Below, piece after piece: positions 43,592 to 57,990 of a stretch of 64,000 nt of DNA. Position 1 is the first letter of the stretch; each line of letters begins with the position of its first letter. This DNA comes from Eledone cirrhosa. Lineage: Eukaryota. The translations under genes and the position numbers were made by a program. The notes beneath the pieces are model-generated. The model made no database searches and had not been told where the DNA came from. It saw only the letters and a program-made list of their open reading frames with translations. Location: the NCBI GenBank assembly GCA_964016885.1, contig OZ024746.1, forward strand, positions 34,410,001 to 34,474,000, given 5' to 3'.

Positions 43592-44159
43592 TATGTATGT
43601 ATATGTATATACAACTAAGTTGTGTGCTGAAGGAGGCCAACATATGCTATAATCATTAATATGTCCACACTTAAAACTTATCTTATTCCATACCTCTCTT
43701 ATCTGATAAAACAACAAACAGAGGAATAGTCAAAATAAAACAGATGTATAATCAAACAAATAAAAACAACATTAAATAGATACAAACCAAGTGCAACAAT
43801 AACACTAACGGTTATGAGATGTAATAGCATCAGCTGTAATCATCTGAAAAATAATAATAATAACATTCATAATAATTATGAAAACGAATCATGATAATAT
43901 TATTCGTATCTTACCTCGCATCCCTTGAGGAGAGTAAATGCAATGTAAAAAAATAATACATCCCCAAATTATTAAATAAAACATTGAACATCGTGTAAAA
44001 CGAGCGATAAACGTGTACATACATCTGGAAAAAGCATTTCGTGCTTAAATTATTCACATATATATATACGCATGTCTGAATATGCATATGTCGATATATA
44101 TACTGAAAACACAAACTCAGATACTTAAATAGTCACACATAGACGTACATCCTCCCCTC

Positions 44160-44705
<546 letters not shown>

Positions 44706-44889
44706 AGGGTCGGTACCAACGGCATAGCTCTGGCCATTTCGTGCAAGGTGTTGAAATGACGAGACGATTCCAGGACCCATCTCTATATAATATATCATAC
44801 CCTACTACCCAAAGTATCAGGATATTTGTTGAGTTATGATCTAACTAGTTTTAAGCTGGTTCTATCCTGATTGTTAAGGTTCCGATTCA

Positions 44890-45180
44890 AGGATTGTGTA
44901 GAGGACTCATTGAAAAAAACTGGTCTGATGATGGCTGACTGGGTGATAGAAGCTCGTAAAGAGAAACTTGGCGTGGAATGGTGAATGATGGTGGCCATAA
45001 TTTTGAGGGCAGACGCATAGAGCACAAGAAGATCAAACGGGGTGCGCGTAAGCGATGCCCTGATGTATCTCTCGGAACGATCGGTGTGTCCATTGAATTG
45101 AAGTGCCCTGATTGTGGAAAAATTTGCTTGAGCAAATCTCGTCTCAGGAGCCATACATATAGCCCATACAGATAGCCCTT
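44890..45180 (+). mobile_element. RTE(BovB-like) LINE 3' end with C2H2-like motif
   Basis: RETWR.MVNDG..NFE..R..HKK.KR..RK...CPDCGKICLSKSRLRSH, typical of RTE C-termini. Confidence 0.65.
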
Positions 45181-45235
45181 CTTGTTTCTAATATTGGTGT
45201 AAGGCAAGTCAATCGAGGGAAAGGTGAAAGTTCAA

Positions 45236-45398
45236 TAAATAAACCCAGCTCTTGAGTGGTACTTGATTTCATCAATCCCTGAAGGATAAAAGACAACGTT
45301 GGTCTCGGTAGGATTTGAATTAGAGAGTTACAATGTTGTACTGAAATATTTGCAAATCATTTTGTCCAACGCTCTAACAACCTCTTTAATCCACCGCC
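45236..45398 (-). mobile_element. S2 SINE, diverged
   Basis: GGTACTT.ATTT, AAGGATAAAAG, GGATTTGAA and AATCCACCGCC landmarks. Confidence 0.6.
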
Positions 45399-46901
45399 TA
45401 ATTATTCTGAGATATACTACCTACACTGAGGGGTAGCCTCTGCTGCTCCACTTACGTTCACCATTTTATTTTTGTCACTTTCTTTATATTTTTATATCTA
45501 ATATTCAGTAGCACCAACGACGAAATGAATAATACATATTATAATTAATCTTGCGTGCTTGTTAATGTTGATATGATGGAGCAAACAGCTGACGAATTGC
45601 CGTCCTATCACGATGAGGGATCTTTTTTGTGTAGATCTTGTGATTTGCGATCATTGTACCACATAATTATCCCCCAGCGTAGTGATGTCCTTTTTGATAA
45701 CAGTATTGGTATGGTTAATCCCCCCCCCCCCCTCTAATCAACTTCATAACCCTTGTTTTAATGTCTAGAAATAGATTTCACAAAACGTCCTACGATTTTT
45801 ACATCAGTATGTTTTGACTGGTTGTTTTTCTGCCTCCTATGACAGAAATTCATGATGTTTGGGCAACGTACACATTATTGACAACAGCAGGGTCTTCATA
45901 CAACAACTTCATACCCACCCAACTATGCATGGGGGGAAAAAACGAAGGAAGACCACGATTGAAATTCAAAAAGTATGGACAAAGCATAAAAAGCGTTGCC
46001 AAAGCCTCGAACAGTTATAGTTGTACTGACTGACTGTTTGATGAGATTTAAACTTCAGCGAATTATATTTATGGGTTGTAATGTTCGTTTCATTTAACCT
46101 TTGTTGCTGTTGATGAAAATGAAAATAATGATATTGCTAGGTTTCTTGTTTTCCCACTTGTTTGATGCAATCTAGCAGATTTATGTTCACATTTTTACAG
46201 CCCTACTATCGTATAATTTCTTCAAAATCTAACATAATTCCCAATGTGTGTTGTGGATCTTAATGGTGTTTAAGCTATAAGCAATCATTTGAGTTGTGTA
46301 TATGAACTTACATTATAGAGACACATAATCAATTTTATTCGCCGCATCTTTCTTTCTTCTGTGGGTCAGAGAATTTAACCAACTGTATATAAACAAAGAA
46401 ACATTTATCCAGAAAATATGTGTGTGAAATCGGTAGCGCCGGTTTGAGTATATTCCAGATATTTACTCCGTTAAATCTAGAGAAATGTTGATTAATTGTG
46501 GCAGCGTGCTTATTATTCAGAAAGTGGATATGCTTCAAGATATTCAACACAGTTTATACGATTTCTATTTAACCAATATTCATCCTCATCGCAACTGTAC
46601 TGCTACTACAAGCAATTACATTTTGATCACCTAAATAGGCACAACGTTTTAAATTTCGAAGAATGGATAGTGAATACCACTATACTTTACCACAACCGAG
46701 TGAACGGAACATTTTAGATTCGTGGAATTTTAACGCAAAGCATGAAGTGGCGACAGAAAAGTCACAATACATTTTTTAACACTTGCCTCTCCCAGGAAAT
46801 GCATATATAGGAGACATCTAGTCTCTCAAAGAAGAGCAAGTCCACTCATTTACGGGAGAAATGCATTCGATGAAATTGAAATATTATGTGACTAGAAAAT
46901 A

Positions 46902-46955
46902 AAGTGCCAGTAATACACTGGGATAATTGCGGGCCTTGTGCCTAAAGTAGAAACA
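46902..46955 (+). mobile_element. 5'-truncated S2 SINE with 19-bp TSD
   Basis: ATTATGTGACTAGAAAATA at 46883-46901 and 46956-46974. Confidence 0.85.
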
Positions 46956-47819
46956 ATTATGTGACTAGAAAATAGTATATCGCATTCATAATGAACGGAA
47001 AGTATTGAATAACGACAGGGTTCATAATTCACCGAAACCCATTTATTTACCCCTCATTAATATCATCACTGGTGCTATGATTTCAAACACAAATACAAAA
47101 TGGATTATATGTTTATTGTTATCGCATAGATATTGTCACATCTAGAATAAAGCAATTCGAAATCAAAAGCTACATTATTTGAATTTAAAAAAATATTACT
47201 GAAAACAAACTAATATAAATAAATAAACAAATACATCCTTTTCTGCAGACTGAATAAACATTAAACGTAGTAGATGAAACGAAAATAAAAAGGAATCATT
47301 ACAACCCCAAAAGTGTTGATGCAGTCCCACAGGGATATTACAATACATGATGCGTGAATGAAAGAAAATACAGGCACGTGTACTGTATTAGAATGTTAAA
47401 TCATGTTTTTGTAAATATATATTTACATATCAGTACGTCGAAAGTACTGCCCACTTCAATTTTTTTTTACTTTAGCAAACTCATTCAGTCACATCCTCTC
47501 CCGGTCTCTTTCTTTCACAATTTTTTCCCTTTTTTCACTGTTTCTTTCTTTTTCATTCTACCACCCCCACTCTCGCTCGCTCCCCCTCTCTCTCTACAGT
47601 GTTAATGTCATACCATTTTAATTCGCTCTCTCTCTCATTCTCTGTCTATAGTGTTATAGTCATACCATTTTGATTATTTTCAGTTTTCTCGTCAATAACG
47701 TTTCTAAAGCGTCTAAATACCTGTCGTCTAATGTCGCCAGAGTTATCTTTTGTCTTACACGTTGCAATTTCATTCTCTATCAACAATTACATACATATAC
47801 ATTTATTTACTAATAAAAA

Positions 47820-48240
47820 TAATTGTTTCTCATTTAGGCACAAGGCCAACATGTTTCGAAGGCGAGATCGATTAAATAGACGCTAGTGAGTTACTGGTAA
47901 TTTGATTTTATCGACACCGTAACAATGAAAAGCTAAGGTAACCCCGACGGGATTTGAACTCGGAGCGTAAAGTGTGGTAGCTCTATGCCCGAAAGCATGA
48001 TGTCTGACGCTCTACTGATACAGCCAATACAATGATAACAATGATTTCTGATATAGGTAAAAGGCCTGATATTTTTATGGAGGGGAAAGTCAATTAAATA
48101 GACCCCAGTGCATTAGTGGTGCTTTATTCTATCGACTCAGGCAAAGCTAACCTCGGCGGGATTTGAACTTAGAAGGTTAAGTGTGGTAGCTCTATATGCC
48201 AGAAGGCATGGTGTCCGACGCTCTACCGATACAGTCAATA
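47820..48240 (-). mobile_element. Two tandem S2 SINEs (47820-48030, 48040-48240)
   Basis: Both show the family landmarks; (AAT)n follows at 48242-48256. Confidence 0.8.
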
Positions 48241-49392
48241 CAATAATAATAATAATAGGTGGTCCAGCTTGGCTTCACTCTTGTGAGTGAAAGAAAGAAG
48301 AAGAAAAGAAAGAAATAGGAAAGAATACCTTAAGATAAACTCAAATATTTAGGGATAAAACAATTTATTTTAAGTCAAGCAAATTATCATGACTAATATT
48401 TTATAATAATATTGTTGTGTTATACTTAAGTTCTGGAATGTAATCCGCAGGAATGTTATAATATTATGATTAGGGAAAGTTATATTCTTAAATTTCAGTC
48501 CGTTTAAATGACTTCAATATCACCCATGGCCTTACTATCATTATCGGAAACAAATAGATAAATAAGCACCCACCCCAGTCGTAACCAAAACATATAATGC
48601 AAACCCAAACATTTATCAGCAACACACCGACAACGTTTGTAATATTTCCATGACTTCAATTAATAAATAAACAAAACTCATCACCACAACCAGTAACATC
48701 ATAAGTTACTATTGATATAAACATCAGTAACTTTTCCGTTAGCACCTAACTACGATGACTAAATATATAGCTGTAGTCTCTGTTGTATGAGTTTTAATAT
48801 CCAGTCGTTTTCAATTAATTTTACTTTGCTGTAACATTATTTCTGTTCCCTCACTCTCTATGTTTTCTTACTTTCTCTGTCTTCTTGTTTTCTTTCATCT
48901 ACTACTAGCAACACTTATAAGAACGTTTTTTTTTTTTTGCACTTTGAGTTAGTTCTCATAACGTATAACACATGATGTAGATGTATTTTCTTTATTATTA
49001 TTTCATTATTGCTATTAAAGTGCCTGTCAGCCTTTTACTACTGCACCACCATTCTGTATATTCCTCCTCAAACAACCCTAATTATTCTCTTGTTACTTCT
49101 CACTATTATTCTACAATCGTTAGCACGTCACACAATATGGCTTGTGGGGTTTGGTCAACATTACTTTTCGTCTTGTTACTACCAAGAAAGAAAAAATTGT
49201 ATGTATTTTGCTTTTTCCACTCTTCGTCTTTGTCGAATACAATGAGTCCTTACTGCAGGACTCATCAATGTGGATAGCTGTATACATATCATGTTTATCT
49301 TACAACAAGTGTTGGCCTATGTAAATGCGGTGTGATTAACAATACAGGTGTCCATTAAAAGATATATGAGTGGCATTATCTAAAAAGGGATG

Positions 49393-49571
49393 TGGATTGG
49401 CAGTATCGGTAGAGGGTCGGACGCCATGCTTTCCAGCATAGTTACGTCCCTTTACGATCTGAGTTCAACTCCCGCCGAGGTTGACTTTGCCTTTCATCCT
49501 TACGGGGTCGATAAAATAAAGTACCAGTAATGCACTGGGTCATTGCTGGCCTTGTGCCTAAAGTAGAAACA
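49393..49571 (+). mobile_element. S2 SINE (Octopus OK-like), near full length, 18-bp TSD
   Basis: TGGCAGTATCGG A-like box, GAGTTCAACTCC B box, GACTTTGCCTTTCATCC..GGGGTCGATAAA; TSD ATTATCTAAAAAGGGATG at 49375-49392 and 49572-49589. Confidence 0.88.
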
Positions 49572-50669
49572 ATTATCTAAAAAGGGATGGGCTCCACAAG
49601 TTTACGATAGACAGGTAAGTTCATAAAGTAAATGTATTCTATTGACGTAAGTGTGTCGCCAGGAAGCAACATACTATAATCTTGAGCAAGATCAATATTA
49701 AAAAGCAAGATATAAGCCACTTAGACGTCTCCTGATTTGTCAGGTCCCTCTTGATTACTACTGGTAAAATATAACCCGGTATAACCTATCACATGGTCCG
49801 GTTGTTGGTGACTAAACCGGCAACCTCACTAAGCAAACTTAGTGAGGAGTGTGATTTTGGAGACCCAGGAGGATGAATGAAAAAAACAGACAACGGGCAG
49901 AGGAACTCATGCGAGTCAATTACCATCGTGTGCGTAAGTATATGTTAATTCATGAGTGTGGTTAACATTGTGCTTATATGTATTTGCATATAGACATATA
50001 TATATATATGAAAATATATATATATGAAAATATAATAATTTAATGTTATTTGAATGAGGTGTCCTAAAATGTGAAATGTCTAACTAATACTTAGAATTAA
50101 TAAAGCAGCATTAATAGATTATATTTAACCCACAGAATTTAACATCTGAATGAGGCACTTATGATTTAAACATCCTCGTTCCAAAATCATTAGTTTTATT
50201 AAAAAAAAAAAAAAATGATGAACGCAAAATAATTAATTATGGTTGACTTCTTAAATATCAGAGAAATACAAATATACTTGAGAATGTTTAGATTGTATGC
50301 CTACGCTGGAATTAATTAGATCCTAGAGGATGTTGAAAGCAATCTGCATAACTGACTTATGTCCCTTAGATTCTGATCTCATATACAAAGAATGTTGATT
50401 AAAATGACAAAAGTGAAATATTATTGTAGAATCAGTCAATTATTTAAGCACAATTAATTACAGATAATGTTAATTAAGGAGGAAGGTTATTCAAATATAT
50501 ATTTGAATTTATATTATACGTAATGTGAAGCAGCAAAACAAAAAAGGTAATGAATTTCTATTTATAATGAGAATGTCTAGAAAAAAAGGGAAGAGACATT
50601 TCATTGAAACAAAATTGCAATCTGTTTAAAATGTTGTAGGTATTAAGGTTTGAAATGTTACCATAAAAA

Positions 50670-51960
50670 ATGTGTCGATGAATCATCCTTACGATGTATC
50701 TGTTTTCGAAAGACTCCATCAATACCTACGTACATACTGTATATGTTATATGAATGTATATATGCGTATGTATATTAGTATATATATAAATATATATATA
50801 TATATATAGTAAGGTGTATTATTGGTTGTCTAAAGCGGTCCAATAAATTTATGTTAGCAATATTAAGTTCTCCACGCTATTGTATATCTCCAGATCCGTT
50901 CAAGGGAACAGCTAGATGATGTAAAACGTAGTATAAGTTTCAAAATAAAAATCTGAAGGCAAGGTAAAATTCCAATCATTTTAATGACGACACATGTTTC
51001 AATAAGATATACATCGATCGTAAAGCCATGATCAATTGTCATTGATCTCATCAGGTGAAAATAAATTGTCTTCAAATTATTGATATGAGGGAGAAAATAG
51101 CAATGTTCGCTCACAGAGTTTATTCCCTCATATGAAGATCCAGTAGTCAGAAATACTGAAGCGATGTCACAGAAAAAAAACAAGTATAAGAATAAAAATA
51201 TACCAACACAGAATCCACCGAATGTTCGTTTACAAAACAACAAATGCTACATTGGTCAAATCTCAATTTGACGACGTAAATTGGAAATATTGGTTTAACC
51301 ACAGCCCCATACACACACAAACACGCACAAGCAAGCAAGTAAGTTCAGTTCAGTGTTCTGTTATACATGTATAGATTGAAATGTAGTATTTGTTGTTTTG
51401 TAAACGAACTTTCGGTGGATGCTGTGTTGGTACATTCTTATTCTTATATTTGTTTTTTCTTTTTCTATGACATCGCTTCGGTGTGTGTGAGACTGTGTGT
51501 GTACCCACTCACACTAATTGTGACCTTCTATAAGTCTACAGGTTTGATGTTGTGTTTATATGTGTACATATATACTTTTTTTTTATTTGACCTCGAGCCG
51601 GTGTGTATGGGTGTTGAGTGTATGTGTACCCACTCACATTAACTGTGACCGACTGTATTTCTACATATCTTATTAATGTCCAGCGTCCGTTTCAGCTATG
51701 GAGATTTGACAGTTTTATGACCCTAACTGAAGCTGATAGCAGTCGCCGTATTTCTGACTACTGGCTCTTCATATGAGGGAATAAACTCTGAGTGAACATT
51801 GCTAATTATCTCCCTCATATCAAGAATTTGAAGACAATTCATTTTCACCTGATGAGATCAGTGATAATTGATCATGGCTTTACGATCGATATATCTCTTA
51901 TTGAAACATGTGTCGTGATTAAAATGATTGGAATTTTACCTTGCCTTCAGATTTTCATTT

Positions 51961-52005
<45 letters not shown>

Positions 52006-52107
52006 AATATGCATACACATAATCACATTTATATAACATATATGTACGTAGGTATTGATGCAGGCTTTCGAAAACAGATACATCGTAAATATGATTCATC
52101 GACACAT
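50670..52107. mobile_element. Nested fold-back element with HHR-like motifs
   Basis: Inverted pairs: 50670-50776/52003-52107, 50940-51155/51748-51962 and 51157-51253/51380-51482. Confidence 0.72.
51845..51918 (+). ncRNA. Hammerhead-like motif (mirror copy 50985-51058, minus)
   Basis: TCAC-CTGATGA-GATCA...TGATC...ATT-GAAA-CATGTG-TC|GTGA; closure of stem II is weak. Confidence 0.5.
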
Positions 52108-52149
52108 TATATATGTATATATAAATATATATATATATACTAATATAGA

Positions 52150-52800
52150 AATGCCCATGTGCGGTACATGTACATGAATCGTTCAATATCGTTGCCAATG
52201 TGAAATTCGTTGATGGAATTGATGTAATTAGTTGGGGTACGAAACGCACCCCAACTACTGTGGATGGAACTTTAAGGTCCGCAGAGAGACAGGTGGGGAA
52301 GTAGAGAGTCAACAATTTTCGGATGAGTGGGGGTTAAAGTGAGAGGATGGGTGTCCGTCAGAATCGTTGGAAACGGCATGGGTACTGGTAGCAGTAAGGT
52401 GGACGGGTGGTACATGGGGTGGTGACGTAATGGCGTGTGGTTATTCAGGATGCACGGGACGTTGTAGATAGGATACTTCTCTGAGAGGTGAGGTGAGACA
52501 CTCGAGTGAAGGCAGGAGGGAAATTAAATTTTGGAGATTGTAGAAGTAAGAAAAAGGATAAATAGATGGCTAAGGTATAGGATGAAAAGAAGTATTCAAT
52601 GTGCGAGGCTGGTTGAAAAAATGAAGAAAGATTTCGTGGATCTAGGAGAGAGTGGAGCGAAGAGAAATGTGCAGGAAGTGACGGGAGGATTGAGTGATGA
52701 TGAACTCAGTAGAGGCCGATTAATATGTAGTGAAGTGGAAGTAGGCACATACATTCCGGAGATCAGATTGGGGTGAAGAGAGAGACAGATGGTGAGAGAA
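52150..52800 (-). pseudogene. Possible old PLE thumb-domain remnant
   Basis: C-rich minus strand with weak PLE-like peptides (PRSTKSF..STSLAH*I, LSEKYP); no catalytic motif. Confidence 0.3.
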
Positions 52801-53741
52801 ATGGGGATAAAGATCTGAAAGAAAATGAATAATATTTTATTTCGATTGTGCTGAACAGGTTAAAAGACAACTTCAAAATATGTCTGATTTCTATAAAACA
52901 ATTTCAAAGCTGTACTATAGATATTACGATCCACCGAAACAGTGATAACCAAATAAGAACTACGTAAAATAGTAGGAGAATATATTGAACGCAAAGACAT
53001 AACCACATAAACGACTAGACAAGCAATCGAAAATCGAACAAATGCACCATACAACTAAACACAACTAAGAACGGAAATAGTTTGTCGTCACATATTTGGC
53101 GTTACATTGTGATAAATTCTTGTGAAAGCTGTCTGTTTCTAAAAGAATATATATGCTTTGCTAAATTTTTGCTTATTGAATCGAATTATTGTGATATGCA
53201 TATATTTAGTAACTTTAGATGCACATAGGAGTACACAGACACACACAAACACAAACACAAACACACACACACAAACTCAAACAAGAATGGACTCTCTCTC
53301 TCTGTCTCTCTCTGTGTATGTATATATATATATATATTCAAATATGTGCGTGCTTCTGTGTGTATGTGTATACATCTGTGTGTCTAACATATACATAAAT
53401 ACAGCGAAGGAGAAGTATATAGTTAGATGGATATAGACATAGATATGCATTCGTGTTTGTGTATGATTATGTATGAATAAATTTGCCTCATACCACTAAT
53501 ACTTGAATAAAATTATAGTATACACATTTTTATGCCCTGATCTATATGCGAGTGACAATGGTCATTAAATTTTATTAAAGTCATTAATGGGTACAATTAA
53601 AACGCACTCGGAATGAAATAAGAAAAGGGATGGTACATATAAAAACATATAAGCACATTTAAGAAAATTCAGGAACAACCAGAAATAATCAACAGTTTCT
53701 ACTTCATTGACACAAAAGCTTGAGTAGTTTTCAAACAATAC

Positions 53742-53868
<127 letters not shown>

Positions 53869-54082
53869 TAAAGACCGCGATGATTTGCTATTTTGCTGAA
53901 CTTCTTACATTTGTAGAGGTTTTTCTGAATGGTTTTTGACTGCTGTTTGCTGTAAACAGACATTCGTCTCATTCTGACGTCACCAGCCCTGTCTCCACAT
54001 GTGCATTTATTTTCATAATTACGCATGATGTGAACTAGCCTGCTTTTAAATTTCCTTTTTGGCATATCTAAACAGTGTTTGA

Positions 54083-54146
54083 GCTCTGCTGACGATCGAC
54101 TCCACTGAAAGTTTCGTGAAATAGTATGTTTAAGACTATACAGAGC
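54083..54146 (+). ncRNA. Type I hammerhead ribozyme motif
   Basis: GCTCTG-CTGACGA(54089-54095)-tCGA...TCGt-GAAA(54118-54121)-TAGT-atgtttaag-ACTA-TA|CAGAGC; perfect 6-bp stem I. Confidence 0.8.
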
Positions 54147-54392
54147 ATTTGTAGTTTTTCCAAATTGAAGGATGAGTATTTAAACTTTATTTTATTCTGA
54201 TTTAAGGCTCTATTGATTTTTCCCTGGATTTCATAAAATTCCGTGGATAAATATGTCTTGATTTTTTTTTTAATTGAGCTTGAATTATTTTCCCACATCG
54301 TACGTTAACTATTTTTCCATTTTAACGTTATAGTCACTTATATATTATGAAATACTGTTGGCTTCTTGCCCACGATGATTTCTATACGTTCA

Positions 54393-54451
<59 letters not shown>

Positions 54452-55545
54452 ATATTTGGGGAGGGTCATATTTGCGTAATATTGCCAGAATTAATAACAG
54501 AACACACTCACTGTTTGGTTGGTTTTCGCTTCTCGCTGTCTTTTATATATATATATCTGCGATCTAACTTACTCGGTCCTCAATGTTGCCATTGACTGAC
54601 CGGCGGTCAAAAATAATACAGATACAATATAGACAAACACATATATATATAGTTTACATAAATCTTTCGTTGCACATCTGCAACATCGTCAGTGGTGTTA
54701 TATTCATTGTTCCTCCTGTTGTGTTGTATGTCTACGCCATTTTTTTTTTTTTGTTCAGTCTGTCTATATATTTATTTATTTATTTGCTTGTTTGTTTATC
54801 TTATTTTATTTTGTCTTCTTTGCGCATGCGTTTGCGTGTGTGTATAGTGTTATGTGTGATGTGTGACTAGTGTGTATAGTCTTGTGTCTGCTGGGTGACT
54901 AGTGTGTGTTTATGTGCTTGTGTATGTATTTATTTATCTTATTTTATTTAATTTAATTTACTTATTTATTTATACTTCTCTTAGGTCAGTGTTGTTTGTT
55001 TGGGTGTTGTTGTTGTTCCACTCATTCTTTCTGTTTAGCTTTGGTCTTCTAATTTCTATTTCACTGGCCTCTCTGATTTGCCTATCTGCTGGGTCATTCC
55101 TATGTTTAGATATTATTCTAATTTCTATGTTGTCTATGTTACCGTCATGATGTTGTCTAGCATGTTCGTATAGTACTGACCCGTTTTTTCGTCCTTTTAG
55201 TTCCCCCCAGTGTTGGTCTATCCTTTCACCTATGCTACGAGCTGTCTCACCTATGTATGTTGTTGTCGTGTTTCTGCAAGTACCCTCTGTACATCTTATG
55301 CTATAGACTACGTTTCTAGTTTTACAGTTTATCCGGGGGTTCACCTTACATATGATACATTTCCTATTGGTACAGTGGGTTTTCTTAAAAGGGTAGGTTT
55401 TGCTGATCAGGGATTTTATGGTGGTTCCTGGCTTTTCTACCACCTTTATTTTTAAGTGGGTCTTTCTCAGGGCCTTTCTACACTGGTTAGCTAACTGGTT
55501 AGCTAACCAGAGGCCCAACAACTTGGGATAAAACCTGTAGAAGGC

Positions 55546-57720
55546 TTGGTTAGCCTCAAGCAGCGCACAAGGGATGGTGAGGTAGTGTGTCTACCCACAG
55601 ATAAGTCTGGTAGGATGTCAATAGATAGCATGCCGAACTACATCGAGGCAATGCAACCCCACATCACCAACACGAGCGAAGTTGCACAACTAACACACGA
55701 TGGGAGAGAAAAAATCCTCAACGCTCACATGATGATGTGGACTGACATCCTAAAGCCAAGCAGACGCACTGCCAACAACTTCCAGGCGTCTAACAATGGC
55801 ATACCACCCTTGTATGGGCTCCGCAAAGACCACAAGACTGTCGACGACCCGACAATAGGACCACCAACAAGACCTGTATGCGGAGCTAATATAGCTAGCA
55901 ACTACAGGATCTCCTACTTCCTCTCAATGGTTATACGCCCCATAATCAAGATGTCCCCAGATGTATGTGAAAGTACAGAGGACCTCCTCAGCAGAATCAG
56001 TGAGTGCAACAAAAACAGGAGCCTATCCAACTGCATAATAGGCAGCATGGATGTGGTGTCACTGTACCCATCCATTAACATTGATTTTGCTGTGAAAAGA
56101 TGTGTGGAGATGATCATTGAGAGTGAGGTGGAGTTCTGCGACGTCGACACAGACGAACTGGGCCTCCTACTTAGACTTACCTACGACACTGACTACCTAG
56201 ACAGCCATGACCTTAGATGTTTCTGCCCTAGTAGACCTATAAGAGGTAGACCCCCCACCATAACCTCAATGGCTAAAAAGACTCCCATAGGAAGGTGGAT
56301 TGGGTGGACCAAAGCTATACGGACCCCCCAAAACACTGATCAGGTAAGAAAAATGGTCGCACATGCAATAGGGGCTAGTATCAAAACTACCCTAAAGGGC
56401 CACATATTTAAGTTCAATGAGAAAATCTACACCCAAAATGAGGGAGCAGCCATCGGCGTCAGCATAGCTGGCGATGTTGCCAACCTTTTCATGGTATGGT
56501 GGGAAAGGAGACTTAAAGATCTCCTTAATGAAAGCTCCATAGACCTCATCATGTACTCTCGTTATGTAGACGATATCAATATAGTTATAAGAACACCCCC
56601 ACTAGAGAGCACTAACAAGTTTGATTTAGAACGTAGCACGATGGAAAGCATCCAGCAGATAGCTAATTCCATACACCAGAGTATAACTGTAACTATAGAC
56701 TTCCCTTCCAAACACCCTAACAATAGACTACCTGTATTAGACACAGAACTCTGGATCAACACTATAGACGAGAGAGCCCAAATTCTCCACTCACACTATG
56801 CTAAACCCATGGCCTCCAAATACCTGATACTCAAAAACTCAGCAATGTCCAGTAGTGCTAAGTTTAGTATTCTGATCGCAGATTTGGTACGAGTGATGAA
56901 GAATGTGTCCAGCATGTGCGACCCAACAGAAATGGAAGGACACATCCAACACTTCATCAACCGCATGCAGTTCTCTGGCTACAACCAAAGAGACAGAGTC
57001 AGAGTATACGAAGGAGCCATGGAAAAGTATAAGACCCTCATAGAACTGGACATGAAAGGAATTTGCCCACTATACAGGAGCAAATCATGGAATAGCTTAG
57101 ATAGGGCTAGACATAAGATAGGGAAGGCCACATCATGGTACGACAACCAGAGATATCAGAGTGTCATGTTTGTGGATGCCACCCCTGGAGGGAAATTAGC
57201 TAACCAGTGTAGAAAGGCCCTGAGACAGACCCACTTAAAAATAAAGGTGGTAGAAAAGCCAGGAACCACCATAAAATCCCTGATCAGCAAAACCTACCCT
57301 TTTAAGAAAACCCACTGTACCAATAGGAAATGTATCATATGTAAGGTGAACCCCCGGATAAACTGTAAAACTAGAAACGTAGTCTATAGCATAAGATGTA
57401 CAGAGGGTACTTGCAGAAACACGACAACAACATACATAGGTGAGACAGCTCGTAGCATAGGTGAAAGGATAGACCAACACTGGGGGGAACTAAAAGGACG
57501 AAAAAACGGGTCAGTACTATACGAACATGCTAGACAACATCATGACGGTAACATAGACAACATAGAAATTAGAATAATATCTAAACATAGGAATGACCCA
57601 GCAGATAGGCAAATCAGAGAGGCCAGTGAAATAGAAATTAGAAGACCAAAGCTAAACAGAAAGAATGAGTGGAACAACAACAACACCCAAACAAACAACA
57701 CTGACTTAAGAGAAGTATAA
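55546..57720 (+). CDS. PLE reverse transcriptase + C-terminal GIY-YIG endonuclease (N-terminally truncated, no internal stops)
   Basis: PTDKSG, LYGLRKDHK, RPVCG, SMDVVSLYPSI, QNEGAAIG, YSRYVDD, LPVLD, CxxxxCxxC linker, VVY.I.C....C...YIGET.R...R...H...HH, R.I.EA..I....P.LN. The frame is open from 55507 and the listed start is TTG. Confidence 0.93.
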   Translation: MVSLKQRTRDGEVVCLPTDKSGRMSIDSMPNYIEAMQPHITNTSEVAQLTHDGREKILNAHMMMWTDILKPSRRTANNFQASNNGIPPLYGLRKDHKTVDDPTIGPPTRPVCGANIASNYRISYFLSMVIRPIIKMSPDVCESTEDLLSRISECNKNRSLSNCIIGSMDVVSLYPSINIDFAVKRCVEMIIESEVEFCDVDTDELGLLLRLTYDTDYLDSHDLRCFCPSRPIRGRPPTITSMAKKTPIGRWIGWTKAIRTPQNTDQVRKMVAHAIGASIKTTLKGHIFKFNEKIYTQNEGAAIGVSIAGDVANLFMVWWERRLKDLLNESSIDLIMYSRYVDDINIVIRTPPLESTNKFDLERSTMESIQQIANSIHQSITVTIDFPSKHPNNRLPVLDTELWINTIDERAQILHSHYAKPMASKYLILKNSAMSSSAKFSILIADLVRVMKNVSSMCDPTEMEGHIQHFINRMQFSGYNQRDRVRVYEGAMEKYKTLIELDMKGICPLYRSKSWNSLDRARHKIGKATSWYDNQRYQSVMFVDATPGGKLANQCRKALRQTHLKIKVVEKPGTTIKSLISKTYPFKKTHCTNRKCIICKVNPRINCKTRNVVYSIRCTEGTCRNTTTTYIGETARSIGERIDQHWGELKGRKNGSVLYEHARQHHDGNIDNIEIRIISKHRNDPADRQIREASEIEIRRPKLNRKNEWNNNNTQTNNTDLREV

Positions 57721-57990
57721 ATAAATAAGTAAATTAAATTAAATAAAATAAGATAAATAAATACATACACAAGCACATAAACACACACTAGTCACCCAGC
57801 AGACACAAGACTATACACACTAGTCACACATCACACATAACACTATACACACACGCAAACGCATGCGCAAAGAAGACAAAATAAAATAAGATAAACAAAC
57901 AAGCAAATAAATAAATAAATATATAGACAGACTGAACAAAAAAAAAAAATGGCGTAGACATACAACACAACAGGAGGAACAATGAATATA

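Noticed and set aside
44978-45175. Host C2H2 zinc-finger exon
   Set aside because: A single finger preceded by RTE C-terminal motifs; retroelement origin is more likely.
54970-55521. Stand-alone 183-aa GIY-YIG endonuclease gene
   Set aside because: It is the inverted arm; the non-ATG start and LANQLANQ N-terminus are created by the junction duplication.
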